The notes: generated from the letters alone by a model not told the origin. A stretch of 64,000 nt of DNA from an uncultured Eubacteriaceae bacterium (GCA_964533615.1 CAZHMK010000008.1:56128-120127); one strand, 5' to 3'. Shown: positions 26,675 through 39,027, counted from the first letter of the stretch. Numbers and translations are program-made.

Positions 26675-28779
26675 CTTTTTTTACTTTCTTCATCGCTGGT
26701 CATGATAAAAATACATCGTCCTTCATTGATGTCAACTTCAGTAACTTTTATCCCAATAATTTGTCCCATTTTATATACTTTCTTGCTTTGTTCATTAAAA
26801 AATAAAAACCTTTTAACATCTGAAATATAATATTCATCTAAATATGAGAAAGGAACGAATCCTTCTATTAAGTTATCGAGCTCAACAAAAAAACCGTTTA
26901 TTGTGATATAAGAAATAACGCCCCTATACTCCGCACCAATTTTATCCGATAAATATTTTGCCATCTTTATTCGCATTACATCGCGCTCCGCTTTCATTGC
27001 ATTGCGTTCTGTTCTTGATATATGAGCGGATATTTCCGCGAGCTGCTCATTTGAATACAGCAACTCATTTTCGGTATTATTTTTAAGAATTTCACTCAGC
27101 ACTCTGTGTACAATTAAGTCTGCATATCTTCTGATTGGAGATGTAAAATGGGTATAATATTTCGCGGCAATACCAAAATGACCAAGATTTTTATTTTGAT
27201 ATACCGCACGCTGCATACTTCTGAGTATAATATTTTTAATCAAATCTTCTTCGGGTTTATCAGCTATATTCTCAAGCAATTCCGAAATTCTTCTGGGATG
27301 CATATTCATAATATTTATTTTATATCCCATACTGAAAAGCACTTCTTTAAGTGCAGATAATTTTTCGGCTTCAGGATTTTCGTGTGTTCTGTAAATACAT
27401 GGATAATTCAGCCAAAAAATATGTTCTGCAACTGTCTCATTTGCAAGCAGCATGAACTCTTCAATAATTTTATGTGATTTAAGTCTTTCAGCTTTTTTAA
27501 TTGTCTGTGGCCATCCGTTCTCATCGATGATTGCTTCTGCTTCAGGCATATCAAAATCAATACTGCCTCTTTTTTTTCGTCTTTGCTGATTCAATATATC
27601 ACAAAGCTCATCCATTAAGAAAATATCGTTTTTAAAATTTTTATATTCTTCATCTTCCATTACACGGCTATCTAAAACAGCTTGTACACCTGTATACGTC
27701 ATCTTTTTCTTTGATTGTATGATCGATTTAAAGATTTCATAATTTTTTATATTCCCGAGCTTATCAACTGTCATGATAACGCTAACCGTCAGCCTCTTTT
27801 GTCCTTCTTTAAGGCTGCATAGTTCGGATGAAAGTGCATACGGCAGCATCGGAACGGCATAGTCTGGGAAATACACACTATTCCCCCTCTCCAGCGCTTC
27901 TCGGTCGAGAGGAGTATTTTTTTTGACATAATGACTCACATCTGCAATATGAACCCCTAAAATATAATTGTCTTTATTTTTTTTTATGCTGACCGCATCG
28001 TCCATATCTTTTGCGGTTAATGCATCTATTGTAAAAATATTTTCACCGCTTAAATCGATACGTTTTTTTATTTCCTGCGTACTAATATCAAGAATTATTC
28101 TTTCTGCCTGGTCTGCAGCCTCATCATTGAAAGTATACTTAATAGCATTATTAATCAACACGCTTTTAATATCTGCTCCCTTATTTGCAGCACTGCCCAG
28201 CACTTCGACAACTCTGCCTTCCAGCCTTCCTTGTTCTTTTTTTTGTATAATTTCAAAGAGCACTCTGTTCTTGTTTCTGGCTTGTAGAGTATTTTTATCA
28301 CTTACATAAACATCGCGAAAAATGCCTTTATTATCAGCGCGAATATAAGCACCTCTTTTTGTCTTTAAAATAGTTCCTGTAAGAACTTTATTGTTATTTT
28401 TGAGGATTTTTAAAATTCTGCCTTCATTATGAGGCTTATTTTCTCTTGTAATTTGAGCCAATACCTCATCGCCACTCAGCGCTCCTGCCAATTCTTCGGA
28501 AGGAATATAAATATCCTCCGCTTTATTGCTAAGCACAAAGCCATAGCCGCCTGAATTTATTCGGAGTAATCCTTTTAGGATACTGTCTTCTTTCGGCCTT
28601 GCATATCTATTTTTCTCAAATATAATAACCGCACTATTTTCCAGTTCAGATAAAACTTCTTTCAGTTTGTTTTTTTCTTTATTTGTATGAACATCCAACA
28701 AATAAGCAAACTCTTTAAAACTTAACGGTTTGTACTGCTTATCATTTATTACACTTAATATTAACTGCTTTAAATCCAT
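26671..28779 (-). CDS. rnr: Ribonuclease R
   Basis: FTIDALTAKDMDDAVS, VHIADVS, HFTSPIRRYADL, C-terminal S1 domain. Confidence 0.95.
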   Translation of the reverse strand: MDLKQLILSVINDKQYKPLSFKEFAYLLDVHTNKEKNKLKEVLSELENSAVIIFEKNRYARPKEDSILKGLLRINSGGYGFVLSNKAEDIYIPSEELAGALSGDEVLAQITRENKPHNEGRILKILKNNNKVLTGTILKTKRGAYIRADNKGIFRDVYVSDKNTLQARNKNRVLFEIIQKKEQGRLEGRVVEVLGSAANKGADIKSVLINNAIKYTFNDEAADQAERIILDISTQEIKKRIDLSGENIFTIDALTAKDMDDAVSIKKNKDNYILGVHIADVSHYVKKNTPLDREALERGNSVYFPDYAVPMLPYALSSELCSLKEGQKRLTVSVIMTVDKLGNIKNYEIFKSIIQSKKKMTYTGVQAVLDSRVMEDEEYKNFKNDIFLMDELCDILNQQRRKKRGSIDFDMPEAEAIIDENGWPQTIKKAERLKSHKIIEEFMLLANETVAEHIFWLNYPCIYRTHENPEAEKLSALKEVLFSMGYKINIMNMHPRRISELLENIADKPEEDLIKNIILRSMQRAVYQNKNLGHFGIAAKYYTHFTSPIRRYADLIVHRVLSEILKNNTENELLYSNEQLAEISAHISRTERNAMKAERDVMRIKMAKYLSDKIGAEYRGVISYITINGFFVELDNLIEGFVPFSYLDEYYISDVKRFLFFNEQSKKVYKMGQIIGIKVTEVDINEGRCIFIMTSDEESKKR

Positions 28780-28905
28780 GATTGCTCCACACTTATCTCA
28801 GACGTATTATTGCCATATTAACATAAATTCATTCACAATACAATTCATCAACATATCTGCTTTAAATGAAAAGAACCGATTGCCACAAACAATCGGTTTC
28901 CTCTT

Positions 28906-30690
28906 TTATTTTTTCTTTTTTTTATGTTTATAGTTTGGATTTTCAATAAATTTCCCGTTTTGTATAATAAACATATCGTCTACATTAATGCCTTGATCTC
29001 GCTTTATTTCCATTTCAATTTGTTCTTTTTCTTCGGTAGTAGCCGCCTGCGTTTTTCTGATATCTATATCGTATTCATATAAGCGTTTCAAAAACATTTC
29101 TTTTCGCTCGCCGGTACTAATGGGCGCATCATCATCTTTTACTGTAATGGTATATTTATCTTTATTATACTCAAAACTGTCTCCACCTCTAAGTGCCCTT
29201 AAAATTGCTTTTGTCGATGGCCTTGCGTTCAGCTGACGTGTTTTAGTGGGATGTTCCAAATCATCTTCAATAAGTACAGGTTTTGCCAAATCTTTAATGG
29301 AAAGCTGCGTAGTATCGGATAACCTCTCACCAAAATGATCGCTTCCCTTCGTTTGTATTATAGTCTCTTCCTGCAAGGGTGGCTGTGTTTTGAGCTTAGT
29401 TGATTTCTCTTGCTCCTGCTGTTTTTTTAATTCCTGTCCGATATCTTGAAGCGGAACCTGTTTTTTTACATTATTTGCATTATCTTGCGTATTTTTATTT
29501 TCTGCAGGTTGATCTGCAACACTTCTTATATACTCCTTTAACGGAGAGTTTGTTTTAAACAAATCTACATACATAGCCATTTCAGGATCTAAAAATGTCA
29601 GCTGACCTTTTTCAACCTCGGATTCTGCGTTTTCCGCTGATTGTGCATGTGCTTCAGTGGCCTCTTCCTGCGGTACATTTTGCTTTTGCGCAGCAGACTC
29701 TTCATTTTCTTGTTTATGTATAGATTGCTCTACTTTCAAAATATCCTGCTCTGTCATTTCTTCTATAATCAATGCCTGACAATCGTCTTCATCTTTTAAC
29801 ATCAACTGATCAATTTCAATAACTTTTTCTTCTTCAATTTCTAAAACGGGCTGCTCAGATTCTTCCTTATCTATCTCACTTTCATTTCCGTCTGCTTTAT
29901 TATCTTGCATCTGAGGCCTATTGCTTTGCTTGGTATGAAATTCAAACTCATTTGCCTCCGGCTCTTTTGTTTCAGAAATTTCCTCTACTAAGCGCGCAAT
30001 AGCATTATATTCATTATCGTCATATTTATCATCATTCTCATTGTTCGGATTGAAAAATTCATTGATATCAACCAGCTTCACATCACTGTTAAAATAATTT
30101 TCTTCTCTTTCCACTTCTTTTTTAGGTGTCAAATACATTTGTGAATTCTTTTGTACAAACATTTTCTGAACCGTCATAAATAATCCGACAAATATAATAA
30201 CATCTCCGGGGCTTATAACGACACTAAGCGGATAAAAAGACGGCATCGGGATAATATCTCCGAGTATTTTCAATTTTGTTTCACTATCCATGGCGTTGCT
30301 GATTGCGATCATTCTTTCTAAAAAAATGTTACCTGAATCTTTTAGTCCGGTCAATGCGGCAGCATCTAATGAAAGCGGCATTTTCCCTCCGTTTATGAAT
30401 GTAACGGCAAAATTCAAGAAAACACCCATAAGAATGATGATAAATTCAGGTTTATCTACATTTTGAAGCAGAAACCCCATTAAAAGCAGATAACTGAACA
30501 GATAGATAAACATACTGTATTTTAAAGCTGAGTCCGGCAGTTTGTTGCCAAAGAAAACGAGCCCTATTTGGATAAGTATGTATAACAAAAACAACACTTT
30601 AAATTTTATTTCATAATTTAAAATATTGCGTATTTTCCCTTTTCTGATGACTGCAATAATAAAACTAATTAAAATTACTTCAAGAATCAT
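28906..30690 (-). CDS. DUF5317-like membrane domain fused to long acidic low-complexity tail
   Basis: N-terminal ~180 aa with TM helices and GVFLNFAVTFINGGKMP...LGDIIP...VISPGDV, recalled as DUF5317; the remaining ~400 aa are E/Q/D/N/K-rich. Confidence 0.6.
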   Translation of the reverse strand: MILEVILISFIIAVIRKGKIRNILNYEIKFKVLFLLYILIQIGLVFFGNKLPDSALKYSMFIYLFSYLLLMGFLLQNVDKPEFIIILMGVFLNFAVTFINGGKMPLSLDAAALTGLKDSGNIFLERMIAISNAMDSETKLKILGDIIPMPSFYPLSVVISPGDVIIFVGLFMTVQKMFVQKNSQMYLTPKKEVEREENYFNSDVKLVDINEFFNPNNENDDKYDDNEYNAIARLVEEISETKEPEANEFEFHTKQSNRPQMQDNKADGNESEIDKEESEQPVLEIEEEKVIEIDQLMLKDEDDCQALIIEEMTEQDILKVEQSIHKQENEESAAQKQNVPQEEATEAHAQSAENAESEVEKGQLTFLDPEMAMYVDLFKTNSPLKEYIRSVADQPAENKNTQDNANNVKKQVPLQDIGQELKKQQEQEKSTKLKTQPPLQEETIIQTKGSDHFGERLSDTTQLSIKDLAKPVLIEDDLEHPTKTRQLNARPSTKAILRALRGGDSFEYNKDKYTITVKDDDAPISTGERKEMFLKRLYEYDIDIRKTQAATTEEKEQIEMEIKRDQGINVDDMFIIQNGKFIENPNYKHKKKKK

Positions 30691-30847
30691 AAGAATTCAT
30701 ACCTTTTCGATTTTTATCTGCTTATTTTAATAATTTTATCATAAATAATTTAAAAAACAAAACTCTTCTGTGTCATTTTTTTAGTCAATATCTGTAATTT
30801 ATATATTTCTTTTAAATATCATGTAGATTACATACATATTAACTACA

Positions 30848-31507
30848 TTATGAATTTTCATTGTTCATTATAATATCAAATATTTCGCGTGCGTCACTAG
30901 CCATGTATTTCACACGAATTTCTTCAAATTCTTTTTCTTTTCCATAACCGTATTTTACCCAGACAAAATCCATATTTTGCAGCTGTGCACCATATGCGTC
31001 ATAATATCTATCCCCGATCATGACACATTCATTTGCTTTATGATTTGTAAATTCCCTGACATAGCCCAACAGCTCTTTTTTACTTGAAAAAGAACCATCC
31101 TCATTACTGCCAATAACACAATTGAAATAACTTATCAAATTACTGTGCGCCAACATTTGTTCGGCAAAAGCTTTATATTTTGTAGTTGCAAGTGCGAGCG
31201 TAACAGCATTTGCTTGCAGTTTGGCAAGCAATTCTTCTATACCGTCATATAATTCGTATTCATACATGCCTTTTTCTTTATAGTATTGTCTGTAGATTTT
31301 GACTGCTTCAATCGATTTCTCATCGGAAAAATGATAAAACCGACTAAAACTATCATAAAGAGATGGTCCTATAATATCATCATCATGTGCATTTAAATAC
31401 TGTGTTCCCATTTTGCCGAGTGCATATTTAAATCCATTGATAATACCCGGTTTTGTATTTGCTATTGTCCCGTCTAAATCAAATATGACACATTTATATT
31501 TTCCCAT
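30848..31507 (-). CDS. HAD-superfamily hydrolase (phosphoglycolate phosphatase/5'-nucleotidase-like)
   Basis: FDLDGTI, LATTK, MIGDRYYD; start set at MGKYK. Confidence 0.88.
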   Translation of the reverse strand: MGKYKCVIFDLDGTIANTKPGIINGFKYALGKMGTQYLNAHDDDIIGPSLYDSFSRFYHFSDEKSIEAVKIYRQYYKEKGMYEYELYDGIEELLAKLQANAVTLALATTKYKAFAEQMLAHSNLISYFNCVIGSNEDGSFSSKKELLGYVREFTNHKANECVMIGDRYYDAYGAQLQNMDFVWVKYGYGKEKEFEEIRVKYMASDAREIFDIIMNNENS

Positions 31508-31537
31508 AGGAGTTCCTTTTTTTATTAACTGCAAGCT

Positions 31538-32539
31538 TTATTCCAATGTTTTCTTTGACAAGCCATAAAATTCACGAACTTTTTGTGCGATTTCATCGCA
31601 TATCTGAGGATTTTCTTTTAAATATGTTTTTACATTTTCTCTTCCTTGTCCCATTCTCTCTCCGTTATAAGAATACCAAGCACCTGATTTGGCTACAATT
31701 TCGCATTCGACCGCAATATCTAAAATATCACCTTCTTTTGAAATCCCTTTACCGTACATAATATCAAAATCAGCAGTTTTAAAGGGTGGGGCCACCTTAT
31801 TTTTAACCACTTTTACCTTGGTGCGGCTTCCAATCATTTCTGTACCTTGCTTAATAACCTCTATTCTTCGTACTTCCATTCTTACCGAAGAATAAAATTT
31901 AAGCGCTCTTCCACCGGGGGTCACTTCTGGATTACCAAACATGATACCCACTTTTTCCCTGAGTTGATTAATGAAAATAGCGCAGCAATTGCTTCTGCTG
32001 ATTGCTCCCGCTAATTTTCTCAATGCCTGAGACATTAATCTTGCCTGCAGACCCACATGCTGATCTCCCATCTCTCCTTCTATTTCCGCCCTTGGCACTA
32101 ATGCAGCTACCGAGTCTACAATAACGGTATCCACTGCCCCGCTTCGCACCAAAGCTTCTACAATTTCTAAGGCTTGTTCCCCTGTATCAGGCTGTGATAC
32201 GATCAAATTATCAATATCTACCCCAAGCGCTTTTGCGTAAACCGGATCAAGCGCATGCTCAGCATCGATAAATGCTGCAATACCTCCCATCTTCTGTGCT
32301 TCCGCTGCTATATGCAATGCTACTGTTGTTTTCCCTGATGATTCGGGACCATAAATTTCTACAATTCTGCCCCGCGGCACCCCGCCGATACCAAGCGCAA
32401 TATCGAGCCCCAGAGAGGATGTGGATATTGCTTCAATATTCATATCGGAAGCGTGATCCCCCAGTCTCATAATAGACCCCTGTCCAAATTGTTTTTCTAA
32501 ATTTTTTATTGTTAATTCTAAAGCTTTATCCTTTTCCAT
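31538..32539 (-). CDS. recA: Recombinase A
   Basis: [28 protein letters not shown]; no intein; start set at MEKDK after GGAG. Confidence 0.99.
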   Translation of the reverse strand: MEKDKALELTIKNLEKQFGQGSIMRLGDHASDMNIEAISTSSLGLDIALGIGGVPRGRIVEIYGPESSGKTTVALHIAAEAQKMGGIAAFIDAEHALDPVYAKALGVDIDNLIVSQPDTGEQALEIVEALVRSGAVDTVIVDSVAALVPRAEIEGEMGDQHVGLQARLMSQALRKLAGAISRSNCCAIFINQLREKVGIMFGNPEVTPGGRALKFYSSVRMEVRRIEVIKQGTEMIGSRTKVKVVKNKVAPPFKTADFDIMYGKGISKEGDILDIAVECEIVAKSGAWYSYNGERMGQGRENVKTYLKENPQICDEIAQKVREFYGLSKKTLE

Positions 32540-32571
32540 CTTTATTTCTCCATTCACTTCTTATTAAATTT

Positions 32572-33798
32572 CTATTTTCCTACTATTTTATGCCTTAATA
32601 TATTAAGAGCTTCATTTCCTACTCTTATTTGATGCATTCTTCTCCTAAAAGGATAATTTACTTTTTTCACTATGATTTTTCCTTTGAAGTATACAGATAT
32701 ATACGCCAACCCTACAGGCTTTTCATCGCTGCCTCCACCCGGACCTGCAATGCCGGTTACTACAATTGCCGCATCAGCACCGCTGAGGTCGATCAACCCT
32801 TGTATCATTTCAACGGCTGTTTGCTCACTGACAGCTCCAAAAGTATCAAGTGTTTCTTTTTTGACACCTAATACTTTCATTTTAGCTTCATTGCTGTATG
32901 TAACAAGCCCACCGTAAAACACTTCACTCGCTCCTGGATTTTCGGTAAGCGCAGCAGATATCGCCCCGCCTGTACACGATTCTGCGACTGCGAGTTTTAG
33001 TTTATTTTCTTTGAGCAACTCTATTATCACTTTTGAGAGACTTACGTCTTCATTTGCAAAAATGCCGTCTCCAACTCTTGACATAATGATTTCCTCATAT
33101 TGATCCAAAAGCTTATCTGCTTCTTTATTGTCCTCTGCATTTGCCGTTACACGCAGCAATACACCGTTTTCTTTCGCATATGTGGCAATGGTCGGATTTG
33201 TCTGCTTATCTATAATATCCATAAGCTGATATTCCAAAGCACTTTCTCCATACCCGGTAATCATATAATATCTTGAGTAAAATGACTTGCCTGACTTTTT
33301 CATCAAGTAAGGCAGCACTTGCTCATCAAACATGGGAACCATTTCCTTAGGCGGTCCCGGCAGAAGAATGATCGCTTTTTCTTCATTTTCAATAATAACC
33401 CCGGGCGCTGTCCCGTTGTTATTGCCTAGCATAATTGCCCCCCTAGGCAGATACGCTTGTTTCAGGTTATTGGGCGTCATTCGATCTCCAAACATACTCT
33501 TAAGTTTTTGCATCCATTCATCATTGATTTCAAGCTTCACACCCATCAGTTCGGCGGCGGTTTCTTTCGTCAGATCATCTTGTGTAGGCCCGAGTCCGCC
33601 TGTTGCTATGATGATATCGCTGCGTTCAAACGCCTGCCTGAAAGCTTCCTTAAGACGCAGGGGATTATCTCCCGTGACTGTGTGATATAAAAGGCTGAGC
33701 CCCAATTGGTTTAAATTTTTCGAAATATATTGTGAATTCGTATTGACGATATCTCCTAAAAGTATTTCTGTTCCAACACAAATAATTTCACTTTTCAT
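32572..33798 (-). CDS. cinA: Competence/damage-inducible protein A (CinA, NMN deamidase domain)
   Basis: GTEILLGDIVNTN, GGLGPTQDD, AESCTGG, GIAGPGGG. Confidence 0.95.
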   Translation of the reverse strand: MKSEIICVGTEILLGDIVNTNSQYISKNLNQLGLSLLYHTVTGDNPLRLKEAFRQAFERSDIIIATGGLGPTQDDLTKETAAELMGVKLEINDEWMQKLKSMFGDRMTPNNLKQAYLPRGAIMLGNNNGTAPGVIIENEEKAIILLPGPPKEMVPMFDEQVLPYLMKKSGKSFYSRYYMITGYGESALEYQLMDIIDKQTNPTIATYAKENGVLLRVTANAEDNKEADKLLDQYEEIIMSRVGDGIFANEDVSLSKVIIELLKENKLKLAVAESCTGGAISAALTENPGASEVFYGGLVTYSNEAKMKVLGVKKETLDTFGAVSEQTAVEMIQGLIDLSGADAAIVVTGIAGPGGGSDEKPVGLAYISVYFKGKIIVKKVNYPFRRRMHQIRVGNEALNILRHKIVGK

Positions 33799-33807
33799 AT
33801 TATTCTC

Positions 33808-34344
33808 CTATTTTACACGAATATTTTTTCGGTTTGCATAGAAATATTCCACACCTGAAATAATTGTCAGAAGGACCATAATGTATATAAATACATCGCC
33901 TAAAATAGTTGAGGAAAAATTTCCCCCAACCTCAAAATGCAGATAAATCAGCCCTATCATTTGAAAAAAAGTCTTGGCTTTTCCCCATATTCCGGCAGCA
34001 AGCACGACTCCGTCTGCGGCAACAGCAGCTCGAAGCCCTGTGACTGCATATTCTCTGGCCAGTATGATAAAGACTGCCCATATACCAAGCCTGTCAATAC
34101 TCATAAAACATAAAAGTGCAGCCGTAACAAGCATTTTATCAGCCAGCGGATCTGCAAATTTTCCAAACGATGTAATCAAATTTCTGTTACGTGCTATGTA
34201 TCCGTCAATAAAGTCCGTAATACTTGCTATAATAAAAATAACAACAGCAAAATAATAATGATTATTAAAATTTATTAAAAATAACACGATATATAATGGT
34301 ATGATCATCATTCTGCTCAAAGTGAGCTTATTGGCTATATTCAT
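33808..34344 (-). CDS. pgsA: CDP-diacylglycerol--glycerol-3-phosphate 3-phosphatidyltransferase
   Basis: TDFIDGYIAR...FGKFADPLADK. Confidence 0.95.
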   Translation of the reverse strand: MNIANKLTLSRMMIIPLYIVLFLINFNNHYYFAVVIFIIASITDFIDGYIARNRNLITSFGKFADPLADKMLVTAALLCFMSIDRLGIWAVFIILAREYAVTGLRAAVAADGVVLAAGIWGKAKTFFQMIGLIYLHFEVGGNFSSTILGDVFIYIMVLLTIISGVEYFYANRKNIRVK

Positions 34345-35668
34345 TATTTAAAACCGTTCCTACAAGATCGTATGCATCTGCACCATTTATTTTGCATTGA
34401 TAATATTCTCCGATATTGAGCGTGCCAGATGAGTGAACAAGTATGCCTCCGTCAATATCAGGAGCATCCCGATAGATTCTGCCCAGATAAATATTATCTT
34501 CTAACCGATCATAAATCAATACTTCTTCTGTTTTCCCTATAAATATGTTATTGATTTTTTGTGATATTTTCTGTTGCTTTTTCATCAGTTTATGATATCG
34601 TTTTGTTTTTACTCTTTGACTGATCTGCTGCGGCATTTCAGCTGCCAGAGTGCCCTCTTCCTGAGAATACATAAAAACGCCTACTTTATCAACAGGATAT
34701 TTTCCAATAAAATCAATGATTTCTTCAAACTGCTCTTCACTCTCAGAAGGAAACCCTACTATAAATGTTGTACGAAGGGTAATATCAGGTATTTCTTTTT
34801 TTAGCTTTTTATAAAGATTTTCTATATCTTTTTTATTCGTATGACGTCCCATTTTATTTAAAATATCATCGTTGACGTGCTGAAGAGGCAAATCAATATA
34901 ATTCTGAAGTTTATCTAAATGATTAAAACACGCAATTAAAGCATCGTCTATTCCTTCTGGATAAGCATACATCAAGCGTATTCTTTTTATCTGACGGATT
35001 TCATTTAGTTTTGTTAATAATTCGGGCAGCTTCTTTTTCTTATATAAATCTATTCCGTATAATGTTACATCCTGTGCGACAAGTATAATTTCATTATAAC
35101 CATTCGCCACAAGATCATTCGCCTCAAGGAGGATATCTTCCATCCTCCGGCTGCGATATTTGCCACGCAGCTTTGGTATGATGCAGTAAGTGCAATTACG
35201 CGAGCATCCTTCACTTATCTTCAAATAAGCTACCGGTTTTTTTGTAAAAATTTTTCTTTTTATCTCAACAATACCTCTGTTGATATCATCAGTGATACAT
35301 ACATTTTTTTGTGTTTGAAGCATCTGCAAAGCACTGATAATGTTAGGATACTTGCCTGTACCGATAAAGATATCAATTTGGGGAATTTCTTCTTTGAGCT
35401 CTTCTGCATATCTTTGCGCAAGGCAACCTGCTACAATGATTTTTATACGCCGATTATTTTTTTTTGCCTCAGCGGCATTTAGTATTTCTCTTACCGCTTC
35501 CTCTTTGGCATCTTGTATAAATGCGCACGTATTGATAAGTACGAGCGAAGCTTTATTGATATCATCTACAAACTCGTAACCTTCATTTTCTAAAAGATAG
35601 GCCATGCTTTCACTGTCTGTAAGATTTTTAGCGCAACCCAGCGATATTATAAAAACATTTTTATCCAT
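34328..35668 (-). CDS. rimO: Ribosomal protein S12 methylthiotransferase RimO
   Basis: [24 protein letters not shown]-terminal TRAM (APDIDG); start reassigned to ATG 35668 (MDKNV) after GAGGAG. Confidence 0.95.
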   Translation of the reverse strand: MDKNVFIISLGCAKNLTDSESMAYLLENEGYEFVDDINKASLVLINTCAFIQDAKEEAVREILNAAEAKKNNRRIKIIVAGCLAQRYAEELKEEIPQIDIFIGTGKYPNIISALQMLQTQKNVCITDDINRGIVEIKRKIFTKKPVAYLKISEGCSRNCTYCIIPKLRGKYRSRRMEDILLEANDLVANGYNEIILVAQDVTLYGIDLYKKKKLPELLTKLNEIRQIKRIRLMYAYPEGIDDALIACFNHLDKLQNYIDLPLQHVNDDILNKMGRHTNKKDIENLYKKLKKEIPDITLRTTFIVGFPSESEEQFEEIIDFIGKYPVDKVGVFMYSQEEGTLAAEMPQQISQRVKTKRYHKLMKKQQKISQKINNIFIGKTEEVLIYDRLEDNIYLGRIYRDAPDIDGGILVHSSGTLNIGEYYQCKINGADAYDLVGTVLNNEYSQ

Positions 35669-38006
35669 CTTGCTCCTCGACCTGGGCCGCCTCTTCTTTG
35701 CCGTCATTTTTTTGACTGAAATACTCATCATATGTAATAAGTACATTTCTCGGTCTGCTTCCGTCTGCCGGTGAAATGATACCGCGCTCTTCCATTTCAT
35801 CAACCATTCTTCCTGCTCTGGCATACCCTATTCTGAGTTTGCGCTGAATCATCGATGTGGAGATTTGGCCTCTCTCCATCGCCAGTGTCACAGCTTCATC
35901 AAATAGTTCGTCGTTGTAATCGCTGCTTGCGGATTTTGGTGAATTGATTTTTTCAATAATTTCATTATTATAAGCTTCGTTTGTACGTTTTTTTATAAAA
36001 TCCACCATGCGTTCCACTTCTTTTTGATCGATATATGCACACTGTGCTCTTTGCGGCTGGCTTGTACCTGCAGGATAATAGAGCATATCTCCGTTCCCAA
36101 GTAATTTTTCCGCGCCGGCCATATCAATAATGGTTCTGGAATCGACCTGTGAAGATACCATAAAAGAAATTCTGGACGGAATATTGGCTTTAATAAGGCC
36201 TGTAATGACGTCCACCGAAGGACGCTGTGTAGCCAGCACAAGGTGCAGTCCTGCTGCCCGCGCAAGCTGTGCGAGTCTACAGATAGCACCTTCCACCTGC
36301 TGCGGCGCAACGGCCATTAAATCTGCCAATTCATCAATGATAATGACGATCAGCGGCAGTTTGGCTTGTCCCTCTTTTTCCAATTTATCATTATAGCTTT
36401 TAATATCTCTTACTTTATTGTCGGCAAACTTTTGATATCTGTCCATCATTTCCATAACTGCCCAATTCAACGCACTTGCCGCTTGTTTCGGGTCTACAAC
36501 TACAGGTACCAACAGATGCGGAATTCCGTTATAGATATTTAACTCCACCATTTTGGGATCTATTAAAATTAATCTGACATCTTTTGGAGAACTGCGATAT
36601 AAGATTGATGCCAAAATCGCATTCACACATACGCTTTTACCTGATCCTGTGGCTCCTGCAATAAGCATATGCGGCATTTTTTTTAAATCACACATTAAAT
36701 TTTGTCCTGATAAATTTTTCCCCAATGCAACCGCAACAGGAGACTTGTTTCCCTTAAATTCTTTGGATGCGATTACTTCTCGAATATGTACTGTCGTGAT
36801 ATTTTTATTGGGTATTTCGATACCGACGGCGCTTTTACCCGGTATCGGCGCCTCTATCCTTACGCGCGGAGCAGCAAGCGCAAGCGCAATATCATCCGAT
36901 AGATTCACAATTTTATTAACGCGAATTCCTGCCTGCGGCTCAAGTTCATAACGAGTCACTGTAGGGCCTACCGATATACCTACAAGCTTTGCACTAATAC
37001 CAAAGCTAGCCAGAGTATTTTGCAGTTTTTCAGCATTTTTGAGTGTTTCCTGACGCGTACTTTCTGATGAAGATTTATATTCGTTTAAAAGAGATATAGG
37101 AGGAAAGACATATTTATCATTTTTAACCTCGTTCGGCTGAATATTTGCATTCACCGTATCTTTTTTAGCATCGTTTGCATGGGATTCTTCTGCTGCTTCG
37201 CTTTCTTTGTTTAGTTCTATTTTGATCAGTTCCGCATCTTTTTGTTTAGGGATATCTTTCAATTCATGATTGTCTTTTTCATCATGTTTCCCCCTGTTTT
37301 TATGATGGATTCCGCTTCCGTTATCATCAAGCTGCGCCATCCATTTTTCTACCTGTGCGAATGATTTGTCATCTGAATTTAATTTGTTGTTTTCTTCACT
37401 CAATATATCATTGACAAGCTTTTTATCTTTATGGTTTGTTTCTCTTTTATCCATAAGATTATGTATAATTTCTCCGATACTTTTTCGAAAAATAAAAAGT
37501 ATCAGCCCTATGGATATAAATATAATAAATAAATATGCCCCTGTAACTGAAAATAACTCAACAATCAGCTTGGCAAGGCCCATACCAATCAGCCCGCCTG
37601 CATTTTCTTGCAGCTGCTCTGCGGCAATATCGAATATGTTCTTAAAAAATGGATCACCGATCGTATCAATACTATTGATATGTAATATAACACAAAAATT
37701 AATAAGCAAGATGAGTAAAAGAAAGATCTTTTTATTCATTCGAAGCGGCCTGTACTGAAAGATAATATAAATACTGCATATGAGCAGTACGGTCATTAAT
37801 GCAAAACTTCCGATGTCGCCAAATAAAAATTTACACCCTTTTATATAAGCTTCTCCTACAAGCCCCGCATTTTGCGCAAAAAGAGAATAAAATCCAAACA
37901 TACTTAAAAACAATAAAAGAATACCGATCAATTCATTAATCAATCGTTCTTTTTTTAAACGCTTTTTGATAGTTGCTTGTCTTTTACTCTGTTTTGTTGA
38001 AGCCAA
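35661..38006 (-). CDS. ftsK: DNA translocase FtsK/SpoIIIE
   Basis: N-terminal TM domain, [23 protein letters not shown], gamma domain [10 protein letters not shown]. Confidence 0.97.
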   Translation of the reverse strand: MASTKQSKRQATIKKRLKKERLINELIGILLLFLSMFGFYSLFAQNAGLVGEAYIKGCKFLFGDIGSFALMTVLLICSIYIIFQYRPLRMNKKIFLLLILLINFCVILHINSIDTIGDPFFKNIFDIAAEQLQENAGGLIGMGLAKLIVELFSVTGAYLFIIFISIGLILFIFRKSIGEIIHNLMDKRETNHKDKKLVNDILSEENNKLNSDDKSFAQVEKWMAQLDDNGSGIHHKNRGKHDEKDNHELKDIPKQKDAELIKIELNKESEAAEESHANDAKKDTVNANIQPNEVKNDKYVFPPISLLNEYKSSSESTRQETLKNAEKLQNTLASFGISAKLVGISVGPTVTRYELEPQAGIRVNKIVNLSDDIALALAAPRVRIEAPIPGKSAVGIEIPNKNITTVHIREVIASKEFKGNKSPVAVALGKNLSGQNLMCDLKKMPHMLIAGATGSGKSVCVNAILASILYRSSPKDVRLILIDPKMVELNIYNGIPHLLVPVVVDPKQAASALNWAVMEMMDRYQKFADNKVRDIKSYNDKLEKEGQAKLPLIVIIIDELADLMAVAPQQVEGAICRLAQLARAAGLHLVLATQRPSVDVITGLIKANIPSRISFMVSSQVDSRTIIDMAGAEKLLGNGDMLYYPAGTSQPQRAQCAYIDQKEVERMVDFIKKRTNEAYNNEIIEKINSPKSASSDYNDELFDEAVTLAMERGQISTSMIQRKLRIGYARAGRMVDEMEERGIISPADGSRPRNVLITYDEYFSQKNDGKEEAAQVEEQDG

Positions 38007-38039
38007 TATTGATATCTCCTTACTTTTTAAATAGATGTG

Positions 38040-38873
38040 TTAAAAAAACAAACTTTTGATAATAACAATACTTGCAACTGCCCAACAATAATATGCGAAA
38101 TATTTCAGCCTTTCTTTTTTAACAACAAAAATCAAAAGTTTTATTGATAAATATCCCACTATGAGTGCGGTTAAAAATCCGATAATCATTGCCGATACCG
38201 ACGTAGCGGTGCTGCTTAACGCAAATATATCTTTCATTTCAATGAGAGTGGCACCAAGCACGGCAGGCATAGAAAGCAGAAAGCTGAATTCAACCGCGTC
38301 TTCTTTTTTAAGCCCTGAAAAAAGACCTCCCACCATAGTGGAGCCGGAACGTGAAATACCCGGTATTAATGCAGCTGCCTGGAAAAGCCCAATAGCAAAC
38401 GCATTTTTAAACCTTAACTGACTAATACGTTTCTGATTTTTTTTGCCCATTTTTTCTCCCAAGATTAACAACCCGCCCGTTATATAGAGCATGCAGCTTA
38501 CGACAATAATACTTACAAAAATCTCACTTAATTTATCTTCAAATAATAATCCGGCTATGCCCGCAGGAATTGAACCCACAATCAATAATAATACATATAA
38601 TCTGTATTTATCTTTTCTTATCATTAAACTTTTTTCTTTGAATAAATCAGCAATCATGCCAAAAAATGCTTTTATGACCGCAATCACTGTTTTTCTGTAT
38701 GCTAAAAATACAGCCAGTAGGGATCCCGCATGCAAAAGAATCGTAAATTCTAAAGCTCCTTCTTTTACATTCATAAACGCCTGCGCAATAGCCAAGTGCC
38801 CGGAACTTGAAACAGGTAAAAATTCCGTAAGCCCTTGGATCAGCCCTAAAATAAACGCCTGTATGTTTGTCAT
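38040..38873 (-). CDS. uppP: Undecaprenyl-diphosphate phosphatase UppP/BacA
   Basis: QGLTEFLPVSSSGH, PGISRSG. Confidence 0.95.
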   Translation of the reverse strand: MTNIQAFILGLIQGLTEFLPVSSSGHLAIAQAFMNVKEGALEFTILLHAGSLLAVFLAYRKTVIAVIKAFFGMIADLFKEKSLMIRKDKYRLYVLLLIVGSIPAGIAGLLFEDKLSEIFVSIIVVSCMLYITGGLLILGEKMGKKNQKRISQLRFKNAFAIGLFQAAALIPGISRSGSTMVGGLFSGLKKEDAVEFSFLLSMPAVLGATLIEMKDIFALSSTATSVSAMIIGFLTALIVGYLSIKLLIFVVKKERLKYFAYYCWAVASIVIIKSLFF

Positions 38874-39027
38874 ATGTATACCTCAAAAGATTATGTAAAT
38901 TTATATTTACTATAACATATTTTTAGAAATGATGATATTCCCTCCCGAATATCTTCGGGACGGAATATGCCTGTAATTGCTTTAACTTAGTTTTATATTA
39001 TATCATAGATAAAGATTGATGAATATT

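Noticed and set aside
28874-28898. Terminator stem AACCGATTG/CAATCGGTT sharing its core with the 1054-1093 hairpin
   Set aside because: Only 8-10 bp are shared between two terminators; too little for a repeat family.
19753-32572. LexA boxes upstream of uvrA/recA; uvrB, rny and glmM absent from their usual neighbours
   Set aside because: No CGAAC-N4-GTTCG site seen by eye; these gene-order differences are common and uninformative without the rest of the genome.
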